NCBI GenBank assembly: GCA_041936745.1
Contig: JBHGWS010000140.1
Span: 1 to 59,278, forward strand
DNA length: 59,278 nt
Origin: Candidatus Darwinibacter acetoxidans
GTDB taxonomy: Bacteria > Bacillota > Limnochordia > Darwinibacteriales > Darwinibacteriaceae
Direction: 5' to 3'
Numbering within the stretch: the stretch's first letter is position 1; the number at the start of each line of letters is the position of its first letter. Below the pieces are notes generated by a model, which saw only the letters and a list, made by a program, of their open reading frames with translations, was not told where the DNA came from and did no database searches. Of this stretch, positions 44,436 to 55,134 are shown in pieces. Made by a program: the position numbers and the translations under genes.

Positions 44436-45761
44436 TTATACGTCTTTGGCGGTGATTCTTGCCTTGATTAAAGGGGCTTTTTCGGGCTGATCCGTGCCGA
44501 TTGTAAAGGCCGAAGCGGCCAGCGGCATGGTTTTTTCTAAAAGTTTTTCTCTGTTGGCGTATAAAACCGCCAGCGTTTCTCCTTTTTGAACCTGCTGGCC
44601 CACCTCTTTTTTCAGCACGATACCCACGGCTGAATCAACTTTTTCATCTTTGGTTTTCCTGCCGGCGCCCAGTTGTCTTGCGGCAATACCCAGGCTCACA
44701 GGATCTATGCTTTTTAGATAACCGGCAGCTTCCGCTTTAACCGCCATCTCAAACTCCGCTTGGGGAAGCAGCGTTAGATCTTCAATGACGCGGGGATTGC
44801 CCCCCTGCGCCTCGATGAGTTCCCCAAACTTTTCCAGTGCCGCTCCGTTCTCCAATTTTTCTCTCAAAAGGCTGCGGGCCTCTTCCCTGTCTGCCGCTGC
44901 CCGCGCCATAAGCACCATTTCCGCCGCCAGCATTAGGGAAAGCTCCGTTAAATTAACCGGGCCTGCCCCGCCTAAAGTTAAAATGGCTTCTTTTACTTCT
45001 AAAGCATTGCCGATAGCCCTGCCTAACGGCTGGTTCATGTCCGTAACTAAGGCTGTGGTTTCTTTTTGGGCCAAGGTGCCGATTTTAACCATCGTCTCCG
45101 CCAGCTCTTTTGCTTCCGGCAGAGTTTTCATAAAAGCGCCCGTCCCCGTTTTTACATCCAAAACAAACCCGTCGGCACCGGCAGCAATTTTTTTACTCAT
45201 AATGGAAGAGGCAATCATGGGGATCGATTCTACTGTGGCGGTCACGTCGCGCAGCGCATACAAAAGTTTATCCGCCGGAGCCAACTGCCCCGTCTGCGCC
45301 ACAATGCTTACGCCGATTGTGTTAACCTGGTTGATGAATTCCTTGGGCGTAAGTTCTACTCGATACCCCGGAATACTTTCCAGCTTATCCACTGTCCCGC
45401 CCGTATGGCCCAAGCTGCGGCCCGACATTTTCGCCACGGGCACGCCTAAGCTGGCGACAAGGGGGGCAGTAATTAAAGTTGTCGTATCCCCTACCCCGCC
45501 GGTGGAATGCTTATCTACTTTGATCCCCCTAATTTCGGCAAGATCCAAAGTCTCGCCGGAATGAGCCATCAGTAAAGTGAGATCGGTGATTTCTGCCGGT
45601 TCCATGCCCACAAAGTAGACGGCCATGGCAAAGGCCGCCATTTGATAATCGGGGATGGAGCCGGCAAGATAACCTTCGATCAGGTAGGCCAGCTCTTTTT
45701 GGCTTAAACGCCCACCGTTTCTTTTTTTGCGGATTAAATCAACTGCCTCCATCAAACTCAC
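44436..45761 (-). CDS. pdp: Pyrimidine-nucleoside phosphorylase
   Basis: [33 protein letters not shown] and SIMSKK motifs. Confidence 0.96.
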   Translation of the reverse strand: MSLMEAVDLIRKKRNGGRLSQKELAYLIEGYLAGSIPDYQMAAFAMAVYFVGMEPAEITDLTLLMAHSGETLDLAEIRGIKVDKHSTGGVGDTTTLITAPLVASLGVPVAKMSGRSLGHTGGTVDKLESIPGYRVELTPKEFINQVNTIGVSIVAQTGQLAPADKLLYALRDVTATVESIPMIASSIMSKKIAAGADGFVLDVKTGTGAFMKTLPEAKELAETMVKIGTLAQKETTALVTDMNQPLGRAIGNALEVKEAILTLGGAGPVNLTELSLMLAAEMVLMARAAADREEARSLLREKLENGAALEKFGELIEAQGGNPRVIEDLTLLPQAEFEMAVKAEAAGYLKSIDPVSLGIAARQLGAGRKTKDEKVDSAVGIVLKKEVGQQVQKGETLAVLYANREKLLEKTMPLAASAFTIGTDQPEKAPLIKARITAKDV

Positions 45762-46936
45762 CTCTCGCTTGGCATAATTTCTTTCAAGAAGCTCTCTCCC
45801 GCGGTTTCAAATTCCACATCAAAAAACTCAGCTACACTTTTGGCAACATCTGCGAAAGTTTTCCTCACCCCTAAAGGCCCGGGCTTTATTTTTTCCCCGA
45901 CTACTAAAAGGGGGACGTATTCCCGGGAATGATCGGTACCCGGGGTCGTCGGATCACAGCCGTGATCCGCAGTAATAATCAGCAGATCCTCCTCTTGGAG
46001 CGCCCCTAAAATTTCGGGCAGGCGCCGATCGAATTCCTCCAGGCCCCCTGCATAACCCAACGGATCATTGCGGTGGCCCCACAGCATATCAAAATCAACG
46101 AGGTTGGCAAAAATTAAGCATTCTTCCTCTTTTTGTGCCAAAAGTTTTAAAACCCCGTCCACAATTTCCCCGTTGTTTTTCCCCGCCACATTTTCACTAA
46201 TGCCCCGGCCCGCAAAAATATCGGCAATTTTCCCAACACCGTAAACAGGAATTTGAGCTGTGGTTAAGGCATCTAACACGGTAGGCCCGATCGGTGCCAG
46301 GCTGAAGTCTCGGCGGTTAGCCGTGCGCTTGAAGCTGCCCGGTTCGCCCAAAAAAGGCCTGGCGATCACGCGGCCCACGGCATGATCCCCCTGCAGGATG
46401 TCCCTGGCTGCGCAAGACCACTTATACAGGGTTGCCGGCGGCACTATTTTTTCATGGGCGGCGATTTGAAATACACTGTCCGCCGAAGTGTAGACAATGG
46501 GATAACCCGTTGCCAGATGCTCTTTGCCCAACTCTTCGATAATTACGGTACCGGAAGCGGGGTAATTGGCCAGTGTCCGCCTGCCGATTTTCTTTTCAAA
46601 TTCCAAAATGATTTCTTTGGGAAACCCCTGGGGGTAAGTGGGGAAAGGCCTGTCTAAAATTAAACCGGCCAGCTCCCAATGCCCCGTTGTCGTATCTTTG
46701 CCGGCAGATAGTTCAGCCATTTTTCCCCAGGCGGCTTTAGGATTTTCCGCCGGCGGTACTCCTTCGACCGGAATAATATTGCCTAATCCTAATTTTTGTG
46801 AATTAGGCATCCTAAGGCCGGCAACGGCTGCAGCTACATTGCCTAAAGTATTGCTCCCCTCATCGCCGTAAAGGTGGGCGTCAGGCAGTTCGCCAACCCC
46901 CACGCTGTCTAGGACTAATATAATTGTTCGTTTCAT
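45758..46936 (-). CDS. deoB: Phosphopentomutase
   Basis: [28 protein letters not shown] and TADHGCDP motifs. Confidence 0.97.
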   Translation of the reverse strand: MKRTIILVLDSVGVGELPDAHLYGDEGSNTLGNVAAAVAGLRMPNSQKLGLGNIIPVEGVPPAENPKAAWGKMAELSAGKDTTTGHWELAGLILDRPFPTYPQGFPKEIILEFEKKIGRRTLANYPASGTVIIEELGKEHLATGYPIVYTSADSVFQIAAHEKIVPPATLYKWSCAARDILQGDHAVGRVIARPFLGEPGSFKRTANRRDFSLAPIGPTVLDALTTAQIPVYGVGKIADIFAGRGISENVAGKNNGEIVDGVLKLLAQKEEECLIFANLVDFDMLWGHRNDPLGYAGGLEEFDRRLPEILGALQEEDLLIITADHGCDPTTPGTDHSREYVPLLVVGEKIKPGPLGVRKTFADVAKSVAEFFDVEFETAGESFLKEIMPSER

Positions 46937-47844
46937 TCCTCTTCCTCCTTTAGGCGGCCTCTGGGGTGGGCAGCGAGAAAAACTGAACGCAGCCGGCCCT
47001 TATCCAAGTGCGTGTAAATTTGGGTCGTTGAAATGTCCACATGGCCCAGCATTTCCTGAACTGCCCGCAGATCTGCTCCCCCCCGCAGTAGATGTGTGGC
47101 AAAGGAGTGCCTGAGCATGTGGGGGGAAATATTTTTTTCAATCCCCGCTTGGACAGCCCACTTTTTGCTGATCTTCCAAAATCCCTGCCTGGTGAGGCGG
47201 TTACCCCTGGTGTTTAAAAACAAAGCCGGTTCTTTGGGGTTTTTCAAAAGCTTCGGCCGGGCGTACTCTGTATATTTTTCCACCGCTTTTAGAGCATGGC
47301 TGCCTAAGGGTACAATGCGTTCTTTGCTGCCCTTGCCCCAACAGCGTACAAAGCCCAACTCGTCCACATCACCAACATCCAATCCCACCAACTCCGAGAC
47401 GCGCAGCCCAGAGCCGTATAAAACTTCCAGCATGGCCCGATCCCTATAGCCAGTGGGCTTGTCCAAGGCCGGCGCTTCTAAAAGTGCCGCGGTTTCTTCT
47501 TTTGTTAAAATTTTAGGCAGTTGCAAACCCCGCCGGGGCGCCGTTAGATAGTCGCAAGGGTTTTCATCAGCTTTCCCTTCATCGATTAGATAAGCAAAAA
47601 AGCCCCGGATGGAAGCAACTTTGCGCGACCTGGTACTGGGGGCTAAAGCTTGGCCGCCCAAGCTTTCTAAAAACCCCGTAACATCCTCTTCCGTAGCCTC
47701 CCGCCAGTAAGAGCGGATTTTGGCCAGGTAGGCCCTGAATTGGTGCAGATCTGTACTGTAGGCCTGGACGCTGTTAGCGGCCAGCCCTTTTTCAATGCGC
47801 AGAAAGGCCAGGTATTCCTCTATCGATCGAGAAGAAACAGCCAA
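46933..47844 (-). CDS. xerD: Site-specific tyrosine recombinase XerD (RipX)
   Basis: [35 protein letters not shown] and TQIYTH motifs; conserved spoIIM-xerD-deoB context. Confidence 0.95.
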   Translation of the reverse strand: MAVSSRSIEEYLAFLRIEKGLAANSVQAYSTDLHQFRAYLAKIRSYWREATEEDVTGFLESLGGQALAPSTRSRKVASIRGFFAYLIDEGKADENPCDYLTAPRRGLQLPKILTKEETAALLEAPALDKPTGYRDRAMLEVLYGSGLRVSELVGLDVGDVDELGFVRCWGKGSKERIVPLGSHALKAVEKYTEYARPKLLKNPKEPALFLNTRGNRLTRQGFWKISKKWAVQAGIEKNISPHMLRHSFATHLLRGGADLRAVQEMLGHVDISTTQIYTHLDKGRLRSVFLAAHPRGRLKEEEE

Positions 47845-47855
47845 AGTAAACCCTC

Positions 47856-48500
47856 CTAGATCAGATAACCGCTTGTTAGGTGGATAAAGATGGGCGTTAA
47901 ATAGATTTCAATTAAAGCGGCCAAAACCAGCATGATACTGCTGCAGAGAGACAAAAACGTTGTACTGGCGAATTGGCCGTAAATGCTTTCCTTAGAGAGG
48001 CCCAGGAGTTTGCGAAAGGCAGTTGAAGCAAATGAAAGAGAGCCCGCGGCGCTGACCAATAAAGCCGGTACGATCAATAAATTGTGGGGCAGGATGGAAG
48101 TGGTGGAGATAATTAAACCGTTAATTACGGCATCCTGCACCAAAAAACCTATGGTAAAGCCCAGGACGAAACCTCTTAAAAAAACTACGCCCAGAATTAA
48201 AGGGGAGCCGATAACTGAGAGGCCTAGGACAAACAAAAGCCCGCTTGTTTTTAAGATGTTGTCTAAAATTCCCCGATAAACAATTTCGCCCCGGGGTGAA
48301 TCCGCGGCGTTGCCTTTATGCAACGCCGTATACACACTGCCCAAGTAATTCGTCAGATCAGCCTTCTGCTCCCCGGAAAGCTTTTGGGTAGCTACTGCCC
48401 CGCCTGCCAAACCGGCAGTAAACAGAATAATTAAAGCCAGATAAAGGGACAAGTGGCGGTTGAAGTATTTTACGATCAGCTCGCCTAAAGCACCGGCCAT
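47856..48500 (-). CDS. spoIIM: Stage II sporulation protein M
   Basis: LGLSVIG.P....F.RGF.LGFT.GF and LPHN motifs; C-terminal E.Y..P. Confidence 0.9.
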   Translation of the reverse strand: MAGALGELIVKYFNRHLSLYLALIILFTAGLAGGAVATQKLSGEQKADLTNYLGSVYTALHKGNAADSPRGEIVYRGILDNILKTSGLLFVLGLSVIGSPLILGVVFLRGFVLGFTIGFLVQDAVINGLIISTTSILPHNLLIVPALLVSAAGSLSFASTAFRKLLGLSKESIYGQFASTTFLSLCSSIMLVLAALIEIYLTPIFIHLTSGYLI

Positions 48501-48534
48501 AAACAAAGCACTCACCTCTTATTAGCATTACCCA

Positions 48535-48563
48535 ATTTTATGCTTATTTCGGCCTGTTTATGT
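48535..48563 (-). promoter_or_regulatory. Sigma-E promoter of spoIIM
   Basis: Minus strand ACATAAA-14 bp-CATAAAAT; spoIIM is a known sigma-E gene. Confidence 0.7.
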
Positions 48564-49180
48564 TAAGCGAGATGTGCTGTGGAGTTTAAGGTAATTACCT
48601 GCCAAGGGCACTCTTCGTTCTCCCCGCGGTAGAAAAATTCGGAAATCCCCGTATTAAAAAGCCTGATGCAGTGGGATTTTTCCAAAGGAATATGTAAAAG
48701 CGAGGCGATGTTCCAGCGGAAGCAGCCGCCGTGGCCGACCACAAGCACTGTTTGGCCTTGATGTCTGCTGACAAAATCTCTGAGTGCCGCCTGGAAACGC
48801 ACAACCACTTCCCCGGGCAGTTCTGCCCCCGGTATTCTGGTATGCAGGCTGTCTTTTTGGCGCGCCCGGTAAAGTTCGCCGTAGTTTTCCTGAACTTCGG
48901 TTCGGGTTAAGCCCTCCCAAAGGCCAAAAGCTATTTCCCTCAGCCTGGGATCAGTCTTTGGTTTCAGGTTGTGGTGGCGGGAAATTTCCTTGGCCGTCAG
49001 CAGTGCCCTTTTTAAATCGCTGCTGTAGGCGGCATCAATTTTTCTGCCTGCCAAAAACTCTCCCGTCCTTTTTGCCTGTTCAAGGCCTAATTCGGAAAGA
49101 GGGCTGTCTTCCTGGCCTTGGTAACGCATCTCTTGGTTCCAAATTGTTTCTCCGTGCCTTACAAAGATTAGTCTAGTCAT
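48563..49180 (-). CDS. Histidine phosphatase (PGM/CobC/PhoE family)
   Basis: RHGET.WN, SSDL.RA, L.E..FG.WEG and VGHGG motifs. Confidence 0.9.
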   Translation of the reverse strand: MTRLIFVRHGETIWNQEMRYQGQEDSPLSELGLEQAKRTGEFLAGRKIDAAYSSDLKRALLTAKEISRHHNLKPKTDPRLREIAFGLWEGLTRTEVQENYGELYRARQKDSLHTRIPGAELPGEVVVRFQAALRDFVSRHQGQTVLVVGHGGCFRWNIASLLHIPLEKSHCIRLFNTGISEFFYRGENEECPWQVITLNSTAHLA

Positions 49181-49184
49181 TTTG

Positions 49185-50351
49185 TCACCTCTCCAAAACT
49201 TTCGCTACCCTGCCGTATTTTCCTCCCCCACCGGGCAGAAATGACAGACGGCCCTGCCGCATGGCTGCAATGAAAGCCTTAATTTCGCTGCCGGCCAAGG
49301 CAGCAATTTCGGCCAGCGGTACTTCGTACAAAATCTTAATTTCCGGGCCCAGGTGAGTGATCATTTTTCGGTAAGTTTTTTGGCCCACGCCGGGCAGCAT
49401 CAAAAGAGGTACGTGGGTGATATAAGGGGGGCGGCCTGTAAGCGGGCCTTCGTAGTCGCTGATCTTTTTGAGGCGGTCCCACACGCCAAATATTACAGCG
49501 CCGTCGCAGTGAGGGCAGGTAAAATAGGGGGTTTTCTCCTGCGGCGTCCACTGGCAGCGGGGGCAGAAACTGCGGAAGTATTTGCCCAAAGCAGGCTCTA
49601 AACCGTGGACCCTGGCTATGGCGCCTTTTTTGCCCGCCAAAGCCTGCCGCCAGCTTTCAAAATTAAGGCCGGGCAGGTCGTAAACCGTAAATTCCCTGCC
49701 TATGGCCGCCAAGGAATGGGCGTCAGAATTGCTGATATAAGGATATTGATGAGTATCACTGACCTCGGCGGCCATTTTAGTTGTACCGCTTAAACCAAGT
49801 TCCAAGCCTGCCAGATCCGCCGGCCGGGCAAACATCTCGCCTAAGCGGGAAACGCAGCTGCCGTAGACTCCTTTGTGGGGCGTAAAGGCATGGGCCGCCA
49901 AAGCGACGCCCCGGTTTTTTTTCACAATTTCAAGCCAGTGATCGGCGGAGGTTTTTAACCTCTGAGTGGAAAGGGAAGGGTTGGTCAGATAAGGTTTTAA
50001 GGCCCGGGCATAACTGCGCACTTTTTCCAACGTAGGGAAAAAAGCCAGAAAATGGGCTGCTCTTGGCCCGTGAGCTAGTTCAACTTCGCTGCCCAAAAAC
50101 AAAGTGGTTTTGCCCAGCCGCAGGCCCCCATTTTCCAGTGTTTTAAGCTTTCCCTGCTCAATTAAGGCGGTCAAATCAGACATAACACCGCTGCAGGCCG
50201 CATCGACAATGCCTATTAAATCTAAGCCTTTTTCAAATTCCGCCGCCCGGAAGATGTTTTCTATCGTTAAATGTTTAGAACCGGTGATCTTCACCGGTTC
50301 CCCCCGCGACGTCCTGCCGATATGGATGTGTAAATCTCCGTAAAATTGCAT
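49185..50351 (-). CDS. Endonuclease Q family protein (YqxK/TIGR00375, PHP fold plus Zn ribbon)
   Basis: DLHIHIG, AHAFTP, ELGLS, NSDAHS, GKY...C..C...C..C and PGGGG.YG motifs. Confidence 0.88.
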   Translation of the reverse strand: MQFYGDLHIHIGRTSRGEPVKITGSKHLTIENIFRAAEFEKGLDLIGIVDAACSGVMSDLTALIEQGKLKTLENGGLRLGKTTLFLGSEVELAHGPRAAHFLAFFPTLEKVRSYARALKPYLTNPSLSTQRLKTSADHWLEIVKKNRGVALAAHAFTPHKGVYGSCVSRLGEMFARPADLAGLELGLSGTTKMAAEVSDTHQYPYISNSDAHSLAAIGREFTVYDLPGLNFESWRQALAGKKGAIARVHGLEPALGKYFRSFCPRCQWTPQEKTPYFTCPHCDGAVIFGVWDRLKKISDYEGPLTGRPPYITHVPLLMLPGVGQKTYRKMITHLGPEIKILYEVPLAEIAALAGSEIKAFIAAMRQGRLSFLPGGGGKYGRVAKVLER

Positions 50352-50369
50352 AAACTTACCTACTTTCGC

Positions 50370-51425
50370 TCAGGAAATCAATTCACCAAATCTTAAGGCG
50401 GCAGCCAGCACGCCGTGGAAAAAAAGCGGATCCTCGCCGGGCCCTCTGCCCATTGTTTTTAGGGGGATGATCTTGGGATCCAGGCGTTCAAAGGCAGGTT
50501 GGCTGTCCTGCCAGCTGATTTTGTGCTGCAGCCGGGCAGCCTGTTTTAAGGCTTCCGGCAGCTTTTGCAGGCAGTTGGGCAGGCCCAAATGGACGGGGCC
50601 CAGGACCACATCTTCAAGCACTGTCAGGGTATGGTGGCTGAAGCCTTGGTGCCTTTTTCTTTGATCGGCCAAGCTCAAGCGGGGTATGGCAAGCGCAGTC
50701 CCTTTCAGCTGCAGCACAGCATTCAAAAAGATCCCCTGCTCTATAGCTGTAGTGCCCCACTTAGTTCCGGTGCCTGCAATTCCCGGCCCCATTAAAATAA
50801 CGGCCCCATCCGCCCGGGCAACGTGCTTGGCAGCTAAAAGGGCGCTGTAGACGTTAACGGCCTCTAAATCGCCCCCAAAGGCGCTGCCAAAGGTAATTGT
50901 CTTTTGGATAAAGCCCAATTCTTTCAAAGCGGCAGCGGTGCGGCTGAAAGCTATGGGCAAAGCCGCGCCGTCCGACATGAGATAAACTAGGCGGCAGCCC
51001 GGCTTAATGCTCTGCAGCGTGTAAGCAAAAGGAGCCAGCATGCTGTGGAGGCTGCCCACAGCAACTGCCAACCCCTCTAAGCTTTCTGCCTGCGCCATGA
51101 TCTCGTGATAAGGGCTTTCTTCTGCTTCAACGCAAAGTACGCGGCCCTGCAGCGGCGTATAGCGCAGTTTCATAATGTGCCCGCGGCCCATTAGACTGCG
51201 TTCCTGCCCGAAAACGGCAAGAACGTAGTGCCAACCCCCCGAGCCTAGGTTGAGCTCTTCGGCAGTGGTGTTTAAAACCAGCCTGTCACCGGGCCGGCAG
51301 GGCCCGACTAAGCCCGGGTAGCTTAGGGCGCGAGCTTCATTTTCACCGATTTGTACAGTGAGTTCTTGGCTTTCCCCTTGAGTTTGAACGCTTGTTACGA
51401 TCCCGGTTTTAAGCGAGCATTCCAA
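50370..51425 (-). CDS. DUF3866 family protein
   Basis: LNTTA..L.LGSGG, GHIMKLRYTPLQ, LHSML, DG.ALP, FGGDLEAVN and GPG..GTGT..G motifs. Confidence 0.85.
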   Translation of the reverse strand: MECSLKTGIVTSVQTQGESQELTVQIGENEARALSYPGLVGPCRPGDRLVLNTTAEELNLGSGGWHYVLAVFGQERSLMGRGHIMKLRYTPLQGRVLCVEAEESPYHEIMAQAESLEGLAVAVGSLHSMLAPFAYTLQSIKPGCRLVYLMSDGAALPIAFSRTAAALKELGFIQKTITFGSAFGGDLEAVNVYSALLAAKHVARADGAVILMGPGIAGTGTKWGTTAIEQGIFLNAVLQLKGTALAIPRLSLADQRKRHQGFSHHTLTVLEDVVLGPVHLGLPNCLQKLPEALKQAARLQHKISWQDSQPAFERLDPKIIPLKTMGRGPGEDPLFFHGVLAAALRFGELIS

Positions 51426-51450
51426 ATAAGTCGGCCTCCTTGAGGTTCTC

Positions 51451-51990
51451 TTATTGGTATGCCCGACCTCTTTCTAAAGCTTGCATATTTAAAGGAATTA
51501 GGTGATGATGCCTTTCGCTTAAGACTTTTTCCAAAGATGTCTCCACAGTCTCAATTTTTACTAAGTTGGTTGCTTCGATGAAAGAGCCTAAAAGCACCAT
51601 GTTAGCCACCCGCGGGTTGCCCAGTTCATCGGCGATTTCATTGGCGGGGACGGCTATAACACGGATGTCTTGCCGGGTCGGTTTTTGTTCGATTAAAGTT
51701 GAATTGTAAAGTAAGATCCCATCTTCGACCACAGCCGGTTCAAAGCGGTTCAATGAGGGCAGATTCATCACGATGGCGGTGGTAGGCCGGCTGACGACGG
51801 GAGAACCGACTTCTGTTTCGCTCACTACGACAGAGCAGTTGGCGGTCCCGCCCCTTTGTTCAGGCCCGTAGGATGGAAACCAAGAGACAGCCTTGTCTTC
51901 CAGCATCCCCGCATAGGCAATCAACTGCCCTAAAACGAGAACTCCCTGGCCGCCAAAGCCGGAGATAATTATTTCAGCCATATTAATCAC
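51451..51990 (-). CDS. 2-oxoacid:ferredoxin oxidoreductase gamma subunit
   Basis: GFGGQG, PSYGPE.RGGTANC and NMVLLG motifs. Confidence 0.93.
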   Translation of the reverse strand: MINMAEIIISGFGGQGVLVLGQLIAYAGMLEDKAVSWFPSYGPEQRGGTANCSVVVSETEVGSPVVSRPTTAIVMNLPSLNRFEPAVVEDGILLYNSTLIEQKPTRQDIRVIAVPANEIADELGNPRVANMVLLGSFIEATNLVKIETVETSLEKVLSERHHHLIPLNMQALERGRAYQ

Positions 51991-52741
51991 CCTCCTTTGC
52001 TGTAATATCTTTATAAACTCCTAAGGGGTAATAAGGAATCATGTTTTCTGCCAGCCACTTCATGGAATCAATGGGTGTCATACCCCAGTTTACGGAACAA
52101 GTTGAAAGTACTTCCACCATGGCAAATCCTTTACCCTTAAGCTGCATTTCAAAAGCCTTTTTGATAGCTCTTTTAGCCTGCAGGATATGGCGGGTGTCGT
52201 GCGAAGAGACGCGGGCTAAATAAGAAGGCCCTTCCAAAGTTGCTAAAAGCTCGCACATTTTAATGGGGTACCCTGTCTCTGCCACCGAGCGCCCTCTGGG
52301 GCTTGTAGTAGTCTTTTGGCCGATTAGGGTCGTTGGGGCCATCTGGCCGCTTGTCATGCCGTAAATTGCATTATTGACAAAAACAACTGTGATGTTTTCC
52401 CCTCTGGCCGCAGCATGCACAATTTCCGCCATGCCGATGGAGGCCAAATCGCCATCTCCTTGGTAGGTAAAGACCATTCTGTCAGGTAAAACCCTTTTAA
52501 TGCCGGTAGCAACCGCGGGTGCCCGGCCGTGAGCCGCCTGCTGCATATCGCAGTTAAAGTAGTCGTAAGCAAAGACGGAACAGCCGACACTGGCTACGCC
52601 AATGGTGTTTTCCCGAATGCCCAAATCGTCAATGGCTTCGCCCACCAAGCGGTGGATTATGCCGTGTGTGCAGCCGGGGCAGTAATGCATTACCGCATCG
52701 GTCATTGACTCCGGTTTTTCAAAGACTACTCTCATTTGCAA
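51983..52741 (-). CDS. 2-oxoacid:ferredoxin oxidoreductase beta (TPP-binding) subunit
   Basis: YCPGC.HG, HGRA, YQGDGD and NN..YGMT.GQ motifs. Confidence 0.93.
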   Translation of the reverse strand: MQMRVVFEKPESMTDAVMHYCPGCTHGIIHRLVGEAIDDLGIRENTIGVASVGCSVFAYDYFNCDMQQAAHGRAPAVATGIKRVLPDRMVFTYQGDGDLASIGMAEIVHAAARGENITVVFVNNAIYGMTSGQMAPTTLIGQKTTTSPRGRSVAETGYPIKMCELLATLEGPSYLARVSSHDTRHILQAKRAIKKAFEMQLKGKGFAMVEVLSTCSVNWGMTPIDSMKWLAENMIPYYPLGVYKDITAKEGD

Positions 52742-53796
52742 GCCCCCCCTTCCATTACTTCAGTGATCTTCTCTAAAACATCTTGTGGAGTTGGTACCAT
52801 ACCGCCCATACGGTTTGTAAAATGCACTTTGCCCTGACCGGCCACTGCCAAGCGGACATCTTCGATCATTTGGCCCGCACTCATTTCTACGACTAAAAAT
52901 TGTCTTTTTCCGTCTGCCAAAGCGCCGATCTGCTCTTCGGGAAATGGGAAAAGGGAAATGGGCCGAAAGAGGCCGACTTTGTGCCCCAACTCTCTGGCTA
53001 AATCCATAGCCGAGCGGGCTACCCGGGCTGAAGTACCGTAGGCTACCAAGACTAAATCAGCATCGTCTGCCTGCACTTTTTCAAAACGCACTTCTTCTTT
53101 TTTAATGCGCTCATACTTGGCCTGCAGCGCAAAGTTCTTTTTCTCGAATGATTCCGGTACTATGTCCAAAGTATTAATCACGTTGGGTTGGCGACCGGCG
53201 GCGCCTGTTGTGGCCCAATCTTTCTTGACCTCTTTGGACTCTTGTGCCTGGGAAAACTCAACGGGTTCCATCATCTGCCCTAAAATTCCGTCACTTAAAA
53301 TCATGACCGGGTTGCGCCATTTGTCCGCCAGATCAAAAGCCAATGTGGTTAAATCGGCCATTTCCTGGACGGAACCGGGTGCCAGGACAATCAAGCGGTA
53401 ATCGCCGTGCCCGCCGCCCTTAACTGCTTGGAAATAGTCGCCCTGCGCCGGATGGATTCCTCCTAAACCGGGGCCGCAGCGGACCACGTTGACAATAACA
53501 CAGGGTAATTCGCCCGCGGCAATATAAGAGATGCCTTCCTGCTTGAGGCTGATTCCCGGGCTCGAAGATGATGTCATAACGCGGGTGCCGGTGCCCGCGG
53601 CACCATAGACCATGTTAATGGCGGATACTTCGCTTTCCGCCTGTAAATACACACCGCCTTTTAAAGGCAGGTGATATGCCATATAATCGGGGATTTCATT
53701 TTGAGGTGTAATGGGATAGCCAAAAAAGGCTTTGCAGCCTGCTCTTATTGCCGCTTCCGCTAATGCCTCGTTTCCCCTAATTAAAATTTTGCTCAC
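52732..53796 (-). CDS. vorB: 3-methyl-2-oxobutanoate (2-ketoisovalerate):ferredoxin oxidoreductase alpha subunit
   Basis: [38 protein letters not shown] and GGGHGDY motifs. Confidence 0.88.
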   Translation of the reverse strand: MSKILIRGNEALAEAAIRAGCKAFFGYPITPQNEIPDYMAYHLPLKGGVYLQAESEVSAINMVYGAAGTGTRVMTSSSSPGISLKQEGISYIAAGELPCVIVNVVRCGPGLGGIHPAQGDYFQAVKGGGHGDYRLIVLAPGSVQEMADLTTLAFDLADKWRNPVMILSDGILGQMMEPVEFSQAQESKEVKKDWATTGAAGRQPNVINTLDIVPESFEKKNFALQAKYERIKKEEVRFEKVQADDADLVLVAYGTSARVARSAMDLARELGHKVGLFRPISLFPFPEEQIGALADGKRQFLVVEMSAGQMIEDVRLAVAGQGKVHFTNRMGGMVPTPQDVLEKITEVMEGGACK

Positions 53797-53800
53797 AATA

Positions 53801-54028
53801 TCACTTCCTTTCCGGAACCAATCTTTTAATAGTTAACACTAGATCAGGACAAATTACAGCACAAAGCGTACAGCCTGTGCAGTTTTCCGGTTTAACGACT
53901 TCCACGGGGTGGTAGCCTCTGGAATTAATACTTTTAGAAATTTGTAATACATCGTGTGGGCAGGCGGTGATGCATAAACTGCACTCTTTGCATCGTTCTC
54001 TGTCAACAATCACTGCTCCTTTCGGCAT
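53801..54028 (-). CDS. 2[4Fe-4S] ferredoxin (oxidoreductase delta subunit)
   Basis: CKECSLCITACP and CTGCTLCAVICP; GGAGGTGAG RBS. Confidence 0.93.
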   Translation of the reverse strand: MPKGAVIVDRERCKECSLCITACPHDVLQISKSINSRGYHPVEVVKPENCTGCTLCAVICPDLVLTIKRLVPERK

Positions 54029-55134
54029 TAACTCACCTCCTCTCCCAGATAATGCCTTGCCGGCTCTTCTTTCCTCAAAACCCGTAAAGCGCCCCAAGCT
54101 AAAGCTTCTAATTCGTTTTCGCCCGGCAGTATAGTAAGGGGGGCGATGAATTCAACGTACTGCTTGATTTCTTCGACAAAGCCGGGATTAAAGGCTAAGC
54201 CGCCGGTTAAGACGATTTGATCAACTTTCCCTAAGACAACTGTGCTTAAGCGGCCGATCTCCTTTGCAATCTGATAGGCCATTGCTTGGCAGTAAAACAA
54301 AGCTTTGGCATCACCTGCTTCAATTCTTTTTGTTATGTCCCGCAGGTCATTTGTCCCCAGGTAAGCCGTTGTGCCTGATTGGCCGCAAAAGAGCCGAATT
54401 AAATCTTCTTTGCTCTTTCTCTTGGCGAAAAAATAATCGATCAAAGCTGTGGTGGGCAGGCCGCCGCTCCTTTCCGGCGAGAAAGGGCCTTCGCCCGAGA
54501 GGGCATTATTAACATCGATGACCTGGCCCCGCCGGTGCACGCCGATGGAGATGCCGCCGCCGAGATGGGCCACAATTAAATTCAATTCGCCTACAGGCCG
54601 GCCCAACAGTTCGGCTGCCTTCTTAGCACTGGCCTTTTGGTTTAGAGCATGAAAAATACTCAAGCGTTCAATCCCCGGCGAGCCGCTGATTTTGGCCACT
54701 GGTTCCATTTCATCAACTACAACAGGATCGACGATATATGCGGGGATTGCAAGCCTTTGGCCTAAATCGAAAGCGATCAAAGCCGCCAGGTTGGAGGCGT
54801 GTTTGCCGTAAATTCCCTCTTCCAGCTGGCGGACCATAAGATTATTGATTAAATAAGTGCCGCCTTTCATTGGAGCCAAAAGCCCGCCGCGGGCCACGAT
54901 CGCCGTTAAGGCATTTAATTCAATGCCTAAAGAGTCCAACCAATCAATAATCACCCGCTCCCGAAAACTGCGCTGTTCCACTATTTCTTGGAACTGCGCT
55001 AACTCTTCTGTGGAATGATGCAGACTTACAGAGTGTAATTCTTCGCTGTCTCGGTAGACTGCCAGCTTGGTACTTGTTGAACCGGGGTTAATAACTAAGA
55101 TCAGCTGCCTTAACAAGTCACTCCCACCTTTCAC
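54028..55134 (-). CDS. buk: Butyrate (branched-chain fatty acid) kinase
   Basis: INPGSTSTK, RGG, HASNL, DPVVVDE, FHALNQKA, HLGGGIS, GPFSPERSG and GENE motifs. Confidence 0.95.
   Translation of the reverse strand: MKGGSDLLRQLILVINPGSTSTKLAVYRDSEELHSVSLHHSTEELAQFQEIVEQRSFRERVIIDWLDSLGIELNALTAIVARGGLLAPMKGGTYLINNLMVRQLEEGIYGKHASNLAALIAFDLGQRLAIPAYIVDPVVVDEMEPVAKISGSPGIERLSIFHALNQKASAKKAAELLGRPVGELNLIVAHLGGGISIGVHRRGQVIDVNNALSGEGPFSPERSGGLPTTALIDYFFAKRKSKEDLIRLFCGQSGTTAYLGTNDLRDITKRIEAGDAKALFYCQAMAYQIAKEIGRLSTVVLGKVDQIVLTGGLAFNPGFVEEIKQYVEFIAPLTILPGENELEALAWGALRVLRKEEPARHYLGEEVS

Noticed and set aside
44785-45564. 259-aa plus-strand ORF and the many other antisense ORFs (e.g. 450-977, 31048-31569, 58608-59039)
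   Set aside because: They are shadows of well-conserved genes on the opposite strand, Ser/Pro/Ala-rich, with no RBS or recognisable motifs.
46933-47844. Tyrosine recombinase as a phage or ICE integrase
   Set aside because: Sequence and spoIIM-xerD-deoB context identify housekeeping XerD; there are no att repeats or cargo genes.
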